NCBI RefSeq assembly: GCF_006345805.1
Contig: NC_042998.1
Span: 67,704,001-67,768,000 of the forward strand
Length of the DNA: 64,000 nucleotides
DNA from: Octopus sinensis
Lineage: Eukaryota
Direction: 5' to 3'
The notes below the pieces were generated by a model, which was given only the letters and a program-made list of their open reading frames with translations, was not told the DNA's origin and made no database searches. Positions 26,695-38,935 of this stretch are shown one piece after another. The translations under genes were made by a program, and so were the position numbers. Every line of letters starts with the position of its first letter. The first letter of the stretch is position 1.

Positions 26695-27478
26695 CGTTTA
26701 GGTAGACCTATCCAGCACCCAACAACGCTGCCTGAAGGCATGGACTTGCCAACCCAGTTGCCAAGCTGCAAGCCGACCGTCCTTTCCCGGTTAATCTTTG
26801 CTCTTGCGACCGTCTCGTAAACCCCAATAGCCTTACCCACTTCACGTAGGCGGGCTACTGTAGTTACGCTGATAGTGATATCGTCCGCGTAAGCTGTAAC
26901 CAACTCCTCTAAACTTGGTTCTTTCGGGATACCACTCAACCTTCGCAATAGGGGCTCAAGGGCCATCATATGCAAAAGTGGTGAGAGCGGACATCCTTGA
27001 CGAACAGAGCACCTGATGCAGAACGGCTTCGAAAGGAAATCGTTCACCTGAACTATTCAGTCAATGTTGTGATACAAAGCGATAAACCACCTAAGGAATC
27101 TAAGGCCGAACCGTGCTAGAACAGTCCCCAAGTATCGATGGTCAACCCGATCAAAAGCTTTAGACTGGTCCAAATGTACCAATGCCCCACCTTTGCCAGA
27201 TTTATCACCAACCCTCTCTATGGTATAGTGAATAAGGTGGAGATTATCCTGAATGTTTCTGCCTGGAATGGCACATGTCTGTGCCTCCCCGACTATACTA
27301 TTCGCGACACGCGTCAACCATTTGCAAAGACCTTGGCCGAAATCTTCACTTCTGCGTTTAACGGAGTGATGGGTCTGAAATTATCTAAAACGTCCCCCCT
27401 TGTCCGGGTCCTTTCTGACCAACGTCAATACATCCCGGCGCACAGATCTGGGGATAAACCCATTCTATTGCCAGTTCA
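26695..27478 (-). mobile_element. Tx1/L1-clade LINE reverse transcriptase fragment (pseudogenised)
   Basis: NFRPITPLNAEVKISAK, QTCAIPGRNIQDN, LDQSKAFDRVDH, VRQGCPLSPLL, AYADDI motifs; stops and frameshifts. Confidence 0.95.
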
Positions 27479-27489
27479 GGTACACGTCT

Positions 27490-27745
27490 AAAGGGAGACG
27501 AAATACCTATTTCTTTACTACCCACAAGGGGCTAAACACAGAGAGGACAAACACAGAGAGGACAGACAGACAAACGGATTAAGTCGATTATATTGACCCC
27601 AGTGCGTAACTGGTTCTTATTTAATCGACCCCGGAAGGATGAAAGGCAAAGTCGACCTCGGCGGAATTTGAACTCAGAACGTAGCGGCAGATGAAATACC
27701 GCCAAGCATTTCCCCTGGCTTGCTAACGTTTCTGTCAGCTCACGA
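27490..27745 (-). mobile_element. SINE family B with tail-to-internal restart junction
   Basis: Full head/core/tail; on the minus strand the tail ends ...GTAAAGAAATA|GGTATTTCGTCT. Confidence 0.9.
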
Positions 27746-28341
27746 TATATTGTATATAAAGGGTGCAAAGTGTTGCACCGGTAACCAGCTGGCGGAGAAT
27801 TTGCCTTGGGTTAGTTACTAGTAGTAACATTCGACTTCCATTTTAACGTGGTGACTAGCTTTCCTGTTTAGTATACATTATTCTATCTCTTCTTGAAAAT
27901 TTGTAATTAGCTACTTTGGTTTGTTAAAAAAAGAACTATATTTTATAGTTATTCCTAAGTCCTCAAACAAACAAGTAAACAAACAAACAGTCTTTCATTT
28001 ACTTTTATTTCAGTCGTATTTGTATCAATGTATCGCTTCTATGTAAGATTTCGTTCATATATTTTGTTATTCCCTTATTATTTGAAGTATTTAGCTAATA
28101 TAAAAGTATTTGTAGTGTCGTGTTTTGCTGCACTCCATCTGTTATTTCTCTTATTACTAGCTCTGGTTGTTTACAACGTTTTATAAATGTTGCTATACAT
28201 TATAGAATTATCTTGCATCTATCTTGCATCTCGGCGGTTTTCTGGTATTCTGGATTTCACCGTATCTGATTTCAACTGAGATTGGTTTGTTCACCAGCTT
28301 GTATGTCCATACATGTAGGTGCATATATATATATATATATA

Positions 28342-28716
28342 CACTTGCGTCAGAAATTAATTAGCACTTCTCAAATTTCTACATTAAATAGGTTAAATCA
28401 TTTAACGTATGAGCTGTTCAAAACGTCTTACGCGATGAGAAAACTTAGTATGGTGTGATTTCGGTCCTTGCGAGGCGCTACCTATATCTATTAAACAAAG
28501 GAATTTGTCTGCATCCGCACTCCAAGTTGTTGTTGCACTGCTATGTCAACATCATAAGGCTGTAGACTCTCAAACTGCTCTGCGAACAAAGTTACGTCAT
28601 CGTTCTGCGCAACAGTGAACTCGCAACAAAGCAATAGTTCGAGATATGGCCACTAGGTGACAGCACATACCTTGAGTGAAGAGCAAATCAAGGGTGCTAA
28701 TTAATTTCTGACGGTA

Positions 28717-28719
<3 letters not shown>
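28342..28719. mobile_element. Tc1/mariner-type MITE (378 bp) inserted in (TA)n
   Basis: 26-bp TIRs CACTTGCGTCAGAAATTAATTAGCAC / GTGCTAATTAATTTCTGACGGTAGTG (2 mismatches), TA on both sides, no transposase. Confidence 0.9.
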
Positions 28720-28782
<63 letters not shown>

Positions 28783-29045
28783 GTATGTATATATGTATGT
28801 ATATATATATACACATACATAAATAGTTGCATATGCACACACACACATACGTGTGGATGTGTGGATGTATATATACGTGTACATGATGATTTCAACAAAG
28901 TTTGCATTGTTCAGCATTTTGTACGTATATGTATGTCGCTATATACAAATGTGTATGTTTATGCATGTACATATATACATACACACACACAGACACACGC
29001 ACACACACACATATATATATATACATATATATATACATATATACA

Positions 29046-29078
<33 letters not shown>

Positions 29079-29123
29079 TATGCGCGTATATATATATATA
29101 CATATAAATATATATTTATGCGC

Positions 29124-29191
<68 letters not shown>

Positions 29192-29250
29192 CATATATAT
29201 GTAAATAAATATACACAGGCATATACAAACACACACGTGTGTATGTGTGC
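28720..29250. repeat. Compound (TA)n/(CA)n microsatellite
   Basis: Direct reading. Confidence 0.95.
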
Positions 29251-29725
29251 GTGTGCGTGTGCATCTTTTTGCGTATGCGCATTCGATTTTTCACACGCCT
29301 TTTTATGTTTCTGTTTTTGCGTGTAATGCTTCTGGAAAGCAGGCTCCACGACTTGATTTACATTTGCCTTCTCGGGCATTTTGTCCTAATTCACACCCAG
29401 TAACGCCCTGAACTCCATATCAGTTTCACATCTGTTTAGTCTTTTGGAATATCCATTTTTCTTATCTTGTTTAACTGTTTTAGTTATTTTTTTGCTTTTG
29501 CTTTGGCCCCTTGTGCTTAATATGGCGATCTCTGTACTGTAGTATTTCGCGTCTATTTGAAGGATTCCTGTTAATTCGGGCAATATTATGGCTTATAACG
29601 AAATAGTATTATGTATTATATATCCGCTTTATTTTTAGTAATATGTCACTGCATTGCTTTAATATTCTTTTCTACTATAGGCACATTGTTTTAATAATAT
29701 CAAATCATTAATATTCTTTCATTGT

Positions 29726-29940
29726 AAGGCAGCGAGCTGACATAAACTTTAGCACGCCGCGCGAAATGCTTAGCGTTATTTCGTCTGTCTTTATGTTCTG
29801 AGTTCAAATTCCGCCGAGGGCGACTTTGCTTTCATCCTTTCGGGGTCGATAAATTAAGTACCAGTTGCGTACTGGGGTCGATCTAATCGACTGGCCCCTC
29901 CTCCAAATATTTCAGGCCTTGTGCCTAGAGTAGAAAAGAA
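29726..29940 (+). mobile_element. SINE family B (alternative tail) with candidate 13-bp TSD
   Basis: Head/core as above, tail TTTCAGGCCTTGTGCCTAGAGTAGAAAAG; AATATTCTTTCAT at 29710-29722 and 29939-29951. Confidence 0.9.
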
Positions 29941-30238
29941 TATTCTTTCATGGTCTCATTATATAATGTATATACAAGGTATATAGTTTTCTGGAGTGTA
30001 AATTAATCAATGGTTATAGAGTTCATAGGGGTTAAGAGGTGTGTACCGTTGAGGGATTTTCACTCGAGTGTGGGCTACTGTAAATAAGAATATGTACTCT
30101 TAATTCAAATGTCACGTATACTATTACATGAAAGATGTAGAATGATAGGTGCACTACCATTTTTAGAGGTGCACAAAGAGGTATGTATAGTAAGAATGAG
30201 AAGTGTTCAATGAGACATGTATAAGTGAGACATGTATA

Positions 30239-30468
30239 GACGGTGAATTGGCAGAATCGTTAGCAGGCCGGGCGAAATGCTTAGCGGTATTTCGTCTGCC
30301 GTTACGTTCTGAGTTCAAATTCCGCCGAGGTCTACTTTGCCTTTCATCCTTCCGGGGTCGATAAATTAAGTACCAGTTACGCACTGGGGTCGATATAATC
30401 GACTTAATCCGTTTGTCTGTCCTTGTTTGCCCTCTCTGTTTTTAGCCCCTTGTGGGTAGTAAAGAAAT
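30239..30468 (+). mobile_element. SINE family B, full length
   Basis: GGCAGAATCGTTAGCA..GAGTTCAAATTCC..core..TTAGCCCCTTGTGGGTAGTAAAGAAATA. Confidence 0.95.
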
Positions 30469-32158
30469 ATGTATAAGTGTACTAGAGAGACGTGAGGTTT
30501 GTACATTAATAAGTAATAAGTGTAGATGAAACGGAGAGGTTTATGATACTGATGATTTAGGAGGATACAATGGGAAATGTACTTGACGATGACAAAGGAT
30601 CTGTCGATTCAGAAGTGTACTGTGAAATTTAGAAATATGCAATGAAGTATAATTCTATATGTGCAAAGTTTAGTCTCAATTAAAAAAAAATGAACAATGA
30701 ACGTATACAGACAAATACGAAGTGTATGATAAGATGGGTGATGTCAACTGAGAAGAGTAAAATTAGACATACACTGAGAAGTTTCAATTCAGAAATGAAC
30801 GATCAGAAATCTATCGTACAATTGAAAAATACTAATATAAGACATCAGTCTATTCAGAAGTGTATATTTATATACACTTATCAGATGAGAACAGTCAGTT
30901 GACAATGAGGAGTGTGTCGCCAGTTGACAAGTAAACGATGAGAATTAGATATATTTGAGAGAAAATAGTAAATAATATATCTTCGATTCGATTTGAACTC
31001 AGGGTCTGCGACTCGTAGCTACCTATACCATTTTCCATCTCAACTATAATTATCATTCTTTGAATTCCTATTTCTCTTACATTTTATAGCATCCTTTGAA
31101 CCATTTCCTTTTAATGTTATTAATCGGCGTGGTAATTGATGCTCTTTTAGGGAAAGATCATTGGTGCAATACGTTCGTTTAATCTCAGTCGATTGGAACT
31201 GTGATAGATTCTTCCCTGTCCGCCTCTCAGTCAATTTAATCCAATCCAATTGCATCGATTCCACAAACGTTTAGCACAGTATTATGCCACAGCTTTCACC
31301 TAGTGATAAACCCTAGCACCTCTTCACCGATGAAACATCATCCAGTTCTTATAACACCTCAATACACTGAACTTTCATTGGCCTAACGCTAACCTTTTAT
31401 GAGCAGATGGGAAATGTAAAGTATAGAGCTGATGGGTGCTGCGGCTTTTTATGCACGACTACTGGCAAAAAGAAATTAAATTTATCACCGGCACTTTATT
31501 CACATTTGATTGTTGATCTCTTTCTCTGATCCTGTGTTTGACGGCTCTCTGCTTTAACGTTGTAGCAATAATAAAATAGGTGAATCGTAGGGGAATAAAA
31601 ACTTTTAAGCTATCATACGAAGAACTTAATGAAAATTCCTGCAAGCCAGCGTTGGTAAGAATTGTTTAATTGCTATAACTCCCTTGAACAATTTAAAGAA
31701 ATGAAGGTGTTAATGTGCAAAGCACCAGCTGTTACATCAAATCTTTATGCGACTAATCAAAACTGAAATAAGTACGGACAATAAAATTCAAGAATATTCC
31801 TGCAAATCAAATACTACATACATACATATCATATATAGTCATTTGCACACGCACATATGTAAAATATAGTCATCTGCAAAAGTATATACACACACACACA
31901 TAAATAGATAGATCTATAGATATATACATAGACAGAAACAGTACATGTGTATGTATACATGTATGTGTACATACATACATACATATGTACATATTACGCT
32001 GATAGAAATAAGCCCATAGACATCTTCCAAATGCAGTAACTAATGCAAATTACATATGCAAATGCAGAGTTTATATATATATTTATATACATACATGATC
32101 ACGCTAATGATTAGTCACGACTTCAGAGTTGATTAAAAGTTGTTGGAAACAATAATAT

Positions 32159-32220
<62 letters not shown>

Positions 32221-32221
32221 A

Positions 32222-32410
32222 TAGGCGCACACCTGGCTGTGTGATAAGAAGCTTGCCTCCCAACCATATGGTTCCAACTTCAGTCCCACAGTGTGTCACA
32301 CTGGCCACATGTTTTCTGCTGTAGCCACGGGCCGACTTGCTCGAATGAAAACCCTTCAAAGCGGTGCTCCAGCATGGCCACAGTAAATCAAATGACTGAA
32401 GCAAGTAAAA
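32222..32410 (+). mobile_element. SINE family A, internally deleted
   Basis: Head TGGCTGTGTGATAAGAAGC..TTCAGTCCC joined to tail GCGGTGCTCCAGCATGGCC..TGACTGAAGCAAG. Confidence 0.8.
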
Positions 32411-32419
32411 CTGTAATAT

Positions 32420-32451
<32 letters not shown>

Positions 32452-32551
32452 CTTTATTTAAAAGCAGTAGAAATATAAAGCATATTACTCTACCTCTGGT
32501 ATTTTAGTACTCTTTTTCCCACCTTGTTTTACATTTATGTGCTTACTCCGG

Positions 32552-32630
<79 letters not shown>

Positions 32631-33167
32631 CATACATATATCCACTATCTATCTATCGCTCTATCCATGTACGTGTCGCCATGGTCAAGTATTTTCTACC
32701 ATAGATTCAGCAGGCTGACCAAAGCCTTGTGAGTGAAATACACATGCATGTATGTATGTGCCACACGCAAACGCTTGGCGCTGCATAATTCACAGCTACA
32801 GGCTACGATTGCAACTCTGGTGTAAGCAATAGTTCTCTTTAGTAGCGCCCATGGAAAGTAGAAACTGTGAAATTAAAATCATTAAACTATGCACACTTTA
32901 TCAAAGATAAAGATACTGTTAATTTCTTATGCATCTGACAGGCTAATGGCCATTTATAGACTGAAACAATAAATATTCTGTGGAATTTAAATGTTCAACT
33001 AACACCGACTAAGGGAATTAGAGAGTACACAGCAGCTTATGATATACACGCCATTTACGTTGTCAGGCAATAGTTACAGTCGCAGCTTGTCAAAACTACT
33101 AAATTCATGTTTCATGAATTTCAAGTTGTACTTGCTAAATGCTATGTTGTAGGATGCATATATATAT

Positions 33168-33222
<55 letters not shown>

Positions 33223-33229
<7 letters not shown>

Positions 33230-33788
33230 ATGGTATTATTAAAATGTCATTACGAGTAGTAAGCGAATTATCAGCCGTACAGGCAAATCAATAAAATATA
33301 TACATACAATATTAGATATGTACATATATACACAAGGATACTACATGAGTACCTATATCCCTAAAGATAGAAGTAAAAAAATATATCTGTACCACCGAAT
33401 AGTCACAAATCTATTGCAGACATGATAAGAAAAAATATCAGTGAACAATAATGTTTCACCTCACATGGTTCAGAACAAGTAAATCCTGGTCAACCTGGTA
33501 CCGGTTTCGAAATATAGCGCCAAATAGGTGCCTGATTTCTCATCAGCCAGTCTGCCAGCTAAGTTACTAATATTCTCCCCCATCATGCCTGCAAAAGTTC
33601 GTTTGAAGTGACCAAGCACTGTAGGAACAAAAGAAATATGTAAAATTATTTATATTTAAATATAGAGATGGTGTTATTGAAATACCATCACGAGTGGTAA
33701 GCGAAATATCAGCCGTACAGGCAAATTAATAAAATATATACATACAATATTAGATATGTACATATCTAATATTGTAAGTATATATTTT
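33223..33788 (-). mobile_element. Hammerhead-bearing 438-bp partial tandem element (pLTR/retrozyme-like)
   Basis: 33223-33327 repeats at 33661-33765 (about 9 mismatches in 105 nt, no indel); HHR between them; 58-bp palindrome 33731-33788; 3' end in (TA)n. Confidence 0.8.
33495..33550 (-). ncRNA. Type I hammerhead ribozyme motif (canonical core)
   Basis: Minus: CTGG CTGATGA GAAAT (loop) ATTTC GAA ACCGGT A CCAG; all core positions canonical, GUA site. Confidence 0.9.
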
Positions 33789-34079
33789 ATATGTATATAT
33801 ATATTAGGTGAGGTATTTAGGTGATTGCACTGCCCTTAAGATTTGACTATTTTAAATGCGTTTTTTTCTCTAATTATTACGGAGGGGTGTTAACTAAAGC
33901 TCACTGGTGTGATATGATGTTATAATGTAAGGATTCGAAGCCAATAGCGTTTTGCTGCGCTCTAACAAACAATTCTACCATCCCGATACATGCGTGCATA
34001 TATATACAGAGAGAGAGAGAGAGAGAGAGAGAGCCACTAAACATCTTGTTTTATTTTCTCTCTGCTTATTTCTGTGTTC

Positions 34080-34115
34080 CTTTCTGTTGAAGAGTGTAGA
34101 CTCGAAACGTAAAAG
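34080..34115 (+). ncRNA. Minimal hammerhead motif, CUGUUGA core variant
   Basis: CTTT CTGTTGA A GAGT gtag ACTC GAA ACGT A AAAG; embedded in a ~150-bp element spanning about 34050-34215. Confidence 0.75.
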
Positions 34116-34267
34116 ACTTTCTCACTTCCCGAGCGTTAAACTAATACATTTGCTTGTTGTTTACACACCCGTTTTCGTCTTTTGCTTTTTTTTTTTTGTA
34201 AATTCCAACTATTTAAACATATATGTAAACATATATATGGACACAAACATCCACACATGCAAACATG

Positions 34268-34305
<38 letters not shown>

Positions 34306-34499
34306 ATATATGTATGTATGTATATACATACACACACACATACATACATTTATGCATATACATACGCGCGCGTGTGTGTGTAGGGGGGGGGTAAATGCTC
34401 ATGTCATTAGAGGAAGGAAATCGAGGGTGCGTGAACTATGCCATAGTAAGTCTGTTTGAACACTGTGTCCTACATGCACATGCAAAAGAGCCATGTATA

Positions 34500-34765
34500 C
34501 ATATTCTTTTATTTGTTTCAGTAATTTGACTTTGGCCATGCTTGGACACCGTCTTTAGTCGAAAAAATCGAGCCTTGGACTTATTCTTTGTAAGCCTAGT
34601 ACTTATCTTATTTCTCTCTCTTTTGCCGAACCGCTAAGTTACGGGCATGTAGACGCACCAAAATCGGTTGTCAAGCGATGGTGGTAGGACAAACAGAGAT
34701 GCACAAAAGCACACACACACATACACACACAGACACACACACATACACACACACACATATATGTA

Positions 34766-34814
<49 letters not shown>

Positions 34815-34858
34815 CTGGCTTCTTTCAGTTTCCATCTACCAAATCCACTCACAAGGCT
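34500..34858 (-). mobile_element. SINE family A, head-truncated
   Basis: Tail, central block and microsatellite colinear with 23341-23665. Confidence 0.9.
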
Positions 34859-35765
34859 TTAATTACATATCCACATACAACCCAGAAGCAAAGAAGCCTT
34901 CATCATCACCCAGAATTTACCAATACTTCATAAGGACCCCAAATTAAAGGAAATTAAAGCATACATAAAATCATTAAGAGCTACTAACAACCTAAATTAC
35001 TTAAAAAGATTCTCACAAAGGCAAAATTGTTTTCTGAAATTACGGATGCAAAAGTAAAAAAAATGTGGTAGACCAAACTGCGCAACATGCCCAAACCTTC
35101 TAGAAGGATCAGAATTCCTCTTCAAAGAGGGACAAAAATCCCAGATCAAATCTAATTTTACTTGTGCTTCTGAAAACATAATTTATGTCATAAGATGCTC
35201 GGGCTGCCTCCAAAACTACGTGGGGTCCACGGGACTATCACTCAGACGTAGATGCACACTGCATCGACAACAGATTGCATTCCCAGAATACAGAATGATA
35301 CCCTTTAGTGAGCATATTGAGAAATGCGCAAAGCAACTACTACCACAATTTTTAATCTTTCCATTTTATCAATCTGCTATTGGAACACCAACACAAATTA
35401 GACTAAAAAAGGAAACATTATTGAAAAATATAAGCCCAAACTTAACCACTCTAACATTCTTATACAGAGAAACTCACCCCATTAAATAAAAGGGACAAGA
35501 AATATAAAGCGATTATCTCCCTTACACCGGAAGAAATCACTTATTACCTACCCTTACCTAGAACTCTTCTTTACACTTCATAACGAAGACATTACACGAT
35601 GTTTTGAGAAATTTGAAAAGTTAACACGAAACCGGTAATTTCTTCAAAAACTATGTCACTGTATGAAAACATTTTATAACATTCTTCTGACATAATGACT
35701 CAAATATATTTTTTAACCTTTTAAAACAAGCCTTCTGTAGTTTTTTTCACTTTTTACTATTTTCT
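34858..35765 (+). mobile_element. Penelope-like retroelement 3' portion: Cys-rich linker, GIY-YIG endonuclease, 3' UTR
   Basis: KCGRPNCATC linker; FTCASENIIYVIRCSGCLQNYVGSTGLSLRRRCTLHRQQI (IIY-YVG GIY-YIG); ...IEKYKPKLN after a frameshift; a second frameshift in the A-run at 35057-35063; ends in (TA)n. Confidence 0.95.
35602..35649 (+). ncRNA. Hammerhead motif with compensatory U3-A8 core in PLE 3' UTR
   Basis: TTTTGAGAAAT TTGAAAA GT taac AC GAA ACCGGT A ATTTCT t CAAAA: 11-bp stem I with one bulge, 2-bp stem II, palindromic stem III. Confidence 0.7.
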
Positions 35766-35929
35766 ATATATATATATATATATATATATGCATAGAAAAA
35801 TGGAACAAATACGCAATAGAGGACAATAAAACAACCGGACAGATAGACAACACAAAGGCGGACAGGAAAACAACAATTTGAGGGACAGGAAGAAAAACGA
35901 CGGGTTATTCATGGCCTTCTTTCGTCCGT

Positions 35930-36090
35930 CATATATATATATATACACATATATAAATACATATATACATGCATACATACATATATGCATGCATACATAC
36001 ATACATATATACATACATATATACATACATACATACATACATACATACATACATACATACATACATACATACATACATACATACATACGT
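35930..36090. repeat. (TACA)n microsatellite
   Basis: Direct reading. Confidence 0.95.
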
Positions 36091-37289
36091 ATACTATGGA
36101 CTTGCACACAGTTTTCGTCAACTAAATCCTTCACATGCTATTGGTCGGCTCAGTTCTGTAGCTGAAGATACTTGCTCTAGGTACCGCGCATTTGCACCGG
36201 ACCTGAAACCAGTGATTGTAAAGTGATCGCCTTAACCACACAGCCCAAAAAATGTACAGAGTATCAACAAATGTATTGTCATTGATACGCTTAAAGCCGT
36301 GGATTGAGAACGTTTATATATTCTTGGGTCTGTGTTCTGCCCTTATTCATATTATGAAAATTTACTGTTCCTCCTTCTAAGACAGTGAGGGCCCTTATAA
36401 AACATCACTTTTGTCACTCGACAGTGCACCGACACATCACCAATGGGGGAATGGCTGGTTTTCGTTGTGGAGTAGGATATTTATGTATGACGGGGGAAAT
36501 ATAGAGCATGCTAGTGTTGACAATGTCTGGGATATGGCAAGGATTCCCTCACCTTACATGCTGTTGTTGCAAGACAGGCGAAGGTAAATGAAGGAAGCGA
36601 TTGCCTAGAGTCGAATAGTTTACCAGAAAAATTGTGTGCCAGAAAAGTTCGATTATGTTACTGATTTTAAAGTCGACAGGATTTCTGAGATCAACGACTT
36701 CACGAAAGTAGTAGCTGCAGCCACTGGGTAAAGAAATATTTGAATTAAAGAAATTCTCCAGTTTTTTCGTCAATTTCCATTCCTTATCACTGATATTAAC
36801 ATCAAAACACATATGCATATTTCAAGATACATAGGGAAAGTAACATTTCCTTTATCATTTTGTATAAAATGTATGTCTTAAAATTGTAGAATTTCTTGGT
36901 ATTTAGGTAATAATAAGAGAGTACAATTATCGTTTACCTAAAAGAATTTGAGTGACTGTTATTATTATATTCGTGAATATTTTCTACCACTTAATGATAT
37001 AGCACACCCCGAGTTTATGGTAGTTCGTTTCAAGTTTTAATGCTATCTGCTGAACGAAGTCAAGTATCTTTTTGATATATCACACGCATAATGAAAACAT
37101 TTCCCTTGTTATGTATAGTAAAATGTTAGTCTGAACAGCGTATTCAATATGATGTAAAACTTGTTACATTTGAATGTCTTTTGCATAAATAAATATTTAT
37201 ACAGTCACTACGTGTGAATAAATTCTAATGGTTTCGTCTCCGTTTGATATATTGGATTTCAATAACAACGGACCTAAACTAAATAGTGA

Positions 37290-37480
37290 TGATAATAATA
37301 ACATCCCTTTCTACTACGAGCAGAAGGTCTGAAATTTTGAAGAGAAGAAGTAGTCGATTAAATAGACCCCAGTGCTCAACTAGTAATTATTTTCTCGACC
37401 CTGACAGGATAAAAAATAAAATCTAACTCGGCGGCATTTGAACTCAACATAAAACCAGGATAAATGTTGCTAAGCGTTTT
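37290..37480 (-). mobile_element. SINE family B, old diverged copy
   Basis: Degenerate core and CTCGGCGGCATTTGAACTC B-box region. Confidence 0.7.
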
Positions 37481-37492
37481 ATATTGCGCCCT

Positions 37493-37528
<36 letters not shown>

Positions 37529-37574
37529 AGTAATAATAACAACAATAAGTAGACCTCTACTTAGGTAACAAAGA

Positions 37575-38935
37575 CTTAGGGGAAGTTAATATGGAGAGAA
37601 GAATTTTCCAAGGAGACTCGTTATCTCTTTTAATATTTGTCTTATGTTTGATGCCCCTCACTTTAATATTAAGGAAGGCAAAGGCAGGTTATCAGTTCAG
37701 AAATAGTAAGGGGAAAATTAGTCATTTGCTCTACATGGATGCCCTGAAGCTTTTTAATAAGAATGAAAAAGAGAAAGATTCATCAATACTGACTGTAAGT
37801 CTCTTCAGCAAAAATATAGGCAAGAATTTGGCATAGATAAGAGTGCAACATTAGTCATGAGAAGGGGACAGGTAGTTAATAATGAAGGCATCCAATTACC
37901 AGATTTCCAGATTAAAATCATTGAAATAAGGAGAGAGTTGAAAGTATCTAGGCGTATTATACTCTGACAGAGTACTAACTATAGAAATGGAAACGAAAAT
38001 TGAGTACATCAGAATGGTGAGGAAGTTAATGAAGTCCAAGCTAAATGGTCCGAATCTAGTGAAGGATGTAAGTACCTAGACAGTATCATTACTTAGATAC
38101 TCAGCAGCTTTTGTAATCAGTAAAAGTCAGCGTGGAGTTGGCTAGACTAGATATAGACTCCTATGTAGGTGACAGTGAAGAAATTTTACTGAAAGCTATT
38201 AGAATCAAAGTAAAACATAGGAAACCAAAACTCTAAGCGAAGCTAAAAACCAGAAAAAAGAACAGAAGCTATCTGACTGGCAGAAGAAGGCTTTGCATGG
38301 TAGATTCCCAAAGATAGTTGCAGCAAATAGTACTAGAGAGACATGATTATGGTTGCAGAAAGGAAGGCTGAAAAGGGAGACAGAAAGTCAGTTAGCAGCA
38401 GCACAGGATCAAGCATTATGGAATAATTGGATAAAACCCAAGACAAAAACCAAGTAGATTCCCAATATAGGTTATGCAAATCAAAAGAGGAAAGTGTTAC
38501 TCATATAGTAAGTGAATCTAGCGTGTGGGCACAGAAAGAATACAAGAAAAACCATGACAACTGAGAGTTATGTAGAAAGCTAAGAATTGAACATACTGAT
38601 AAATGGTATGAACATAAACCTAGTAAAATACTAGAAAGTAAGAAATATAAGATGATGAAAAATCTATATGAGCGGTATAGAAAATATAGCAAAGTACGAG
38701 GACCTAGCCATTGAAGTACAGAGAGTATGACAAGTACGGGTAAAATGTATCCCAGTAGTTATAAGTGCCTTAGGAATACTCCCTAAAGATTTAAACAGAT
38801 GGATACAGGAAATAAGCATAAAACCCAGTTTAGTACAGCTCCAGAAAACAGCTAAGATACTTAAAAAGGTTTTGGGCATCTAAGATTACTTGTTGCAGCC
38901 AGATTATAGGATTTTTTGCATTCCAAGTCTAATCT
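37575..38935 (+). mobile_element. R4/Dong-like (RLE-type) LINE, RT to C-terminus, degenerate
   Basis: RRIFQGDSLSLLIFVL..KISHLLYMDALKLF, LHGRF..WLQKGRLKRETESQLAAAQDQ, YRLCKSKEESVTHIVS, PVVISALGILP; flanked by (AAC/AAT)n. Confidence 0.9.

Noticed and set aside
29116-29583. Two in-frame minus-strand ORFs separated by one stop
   Set aside because: No recognisable family, and the second ORF runs into microsatellite.
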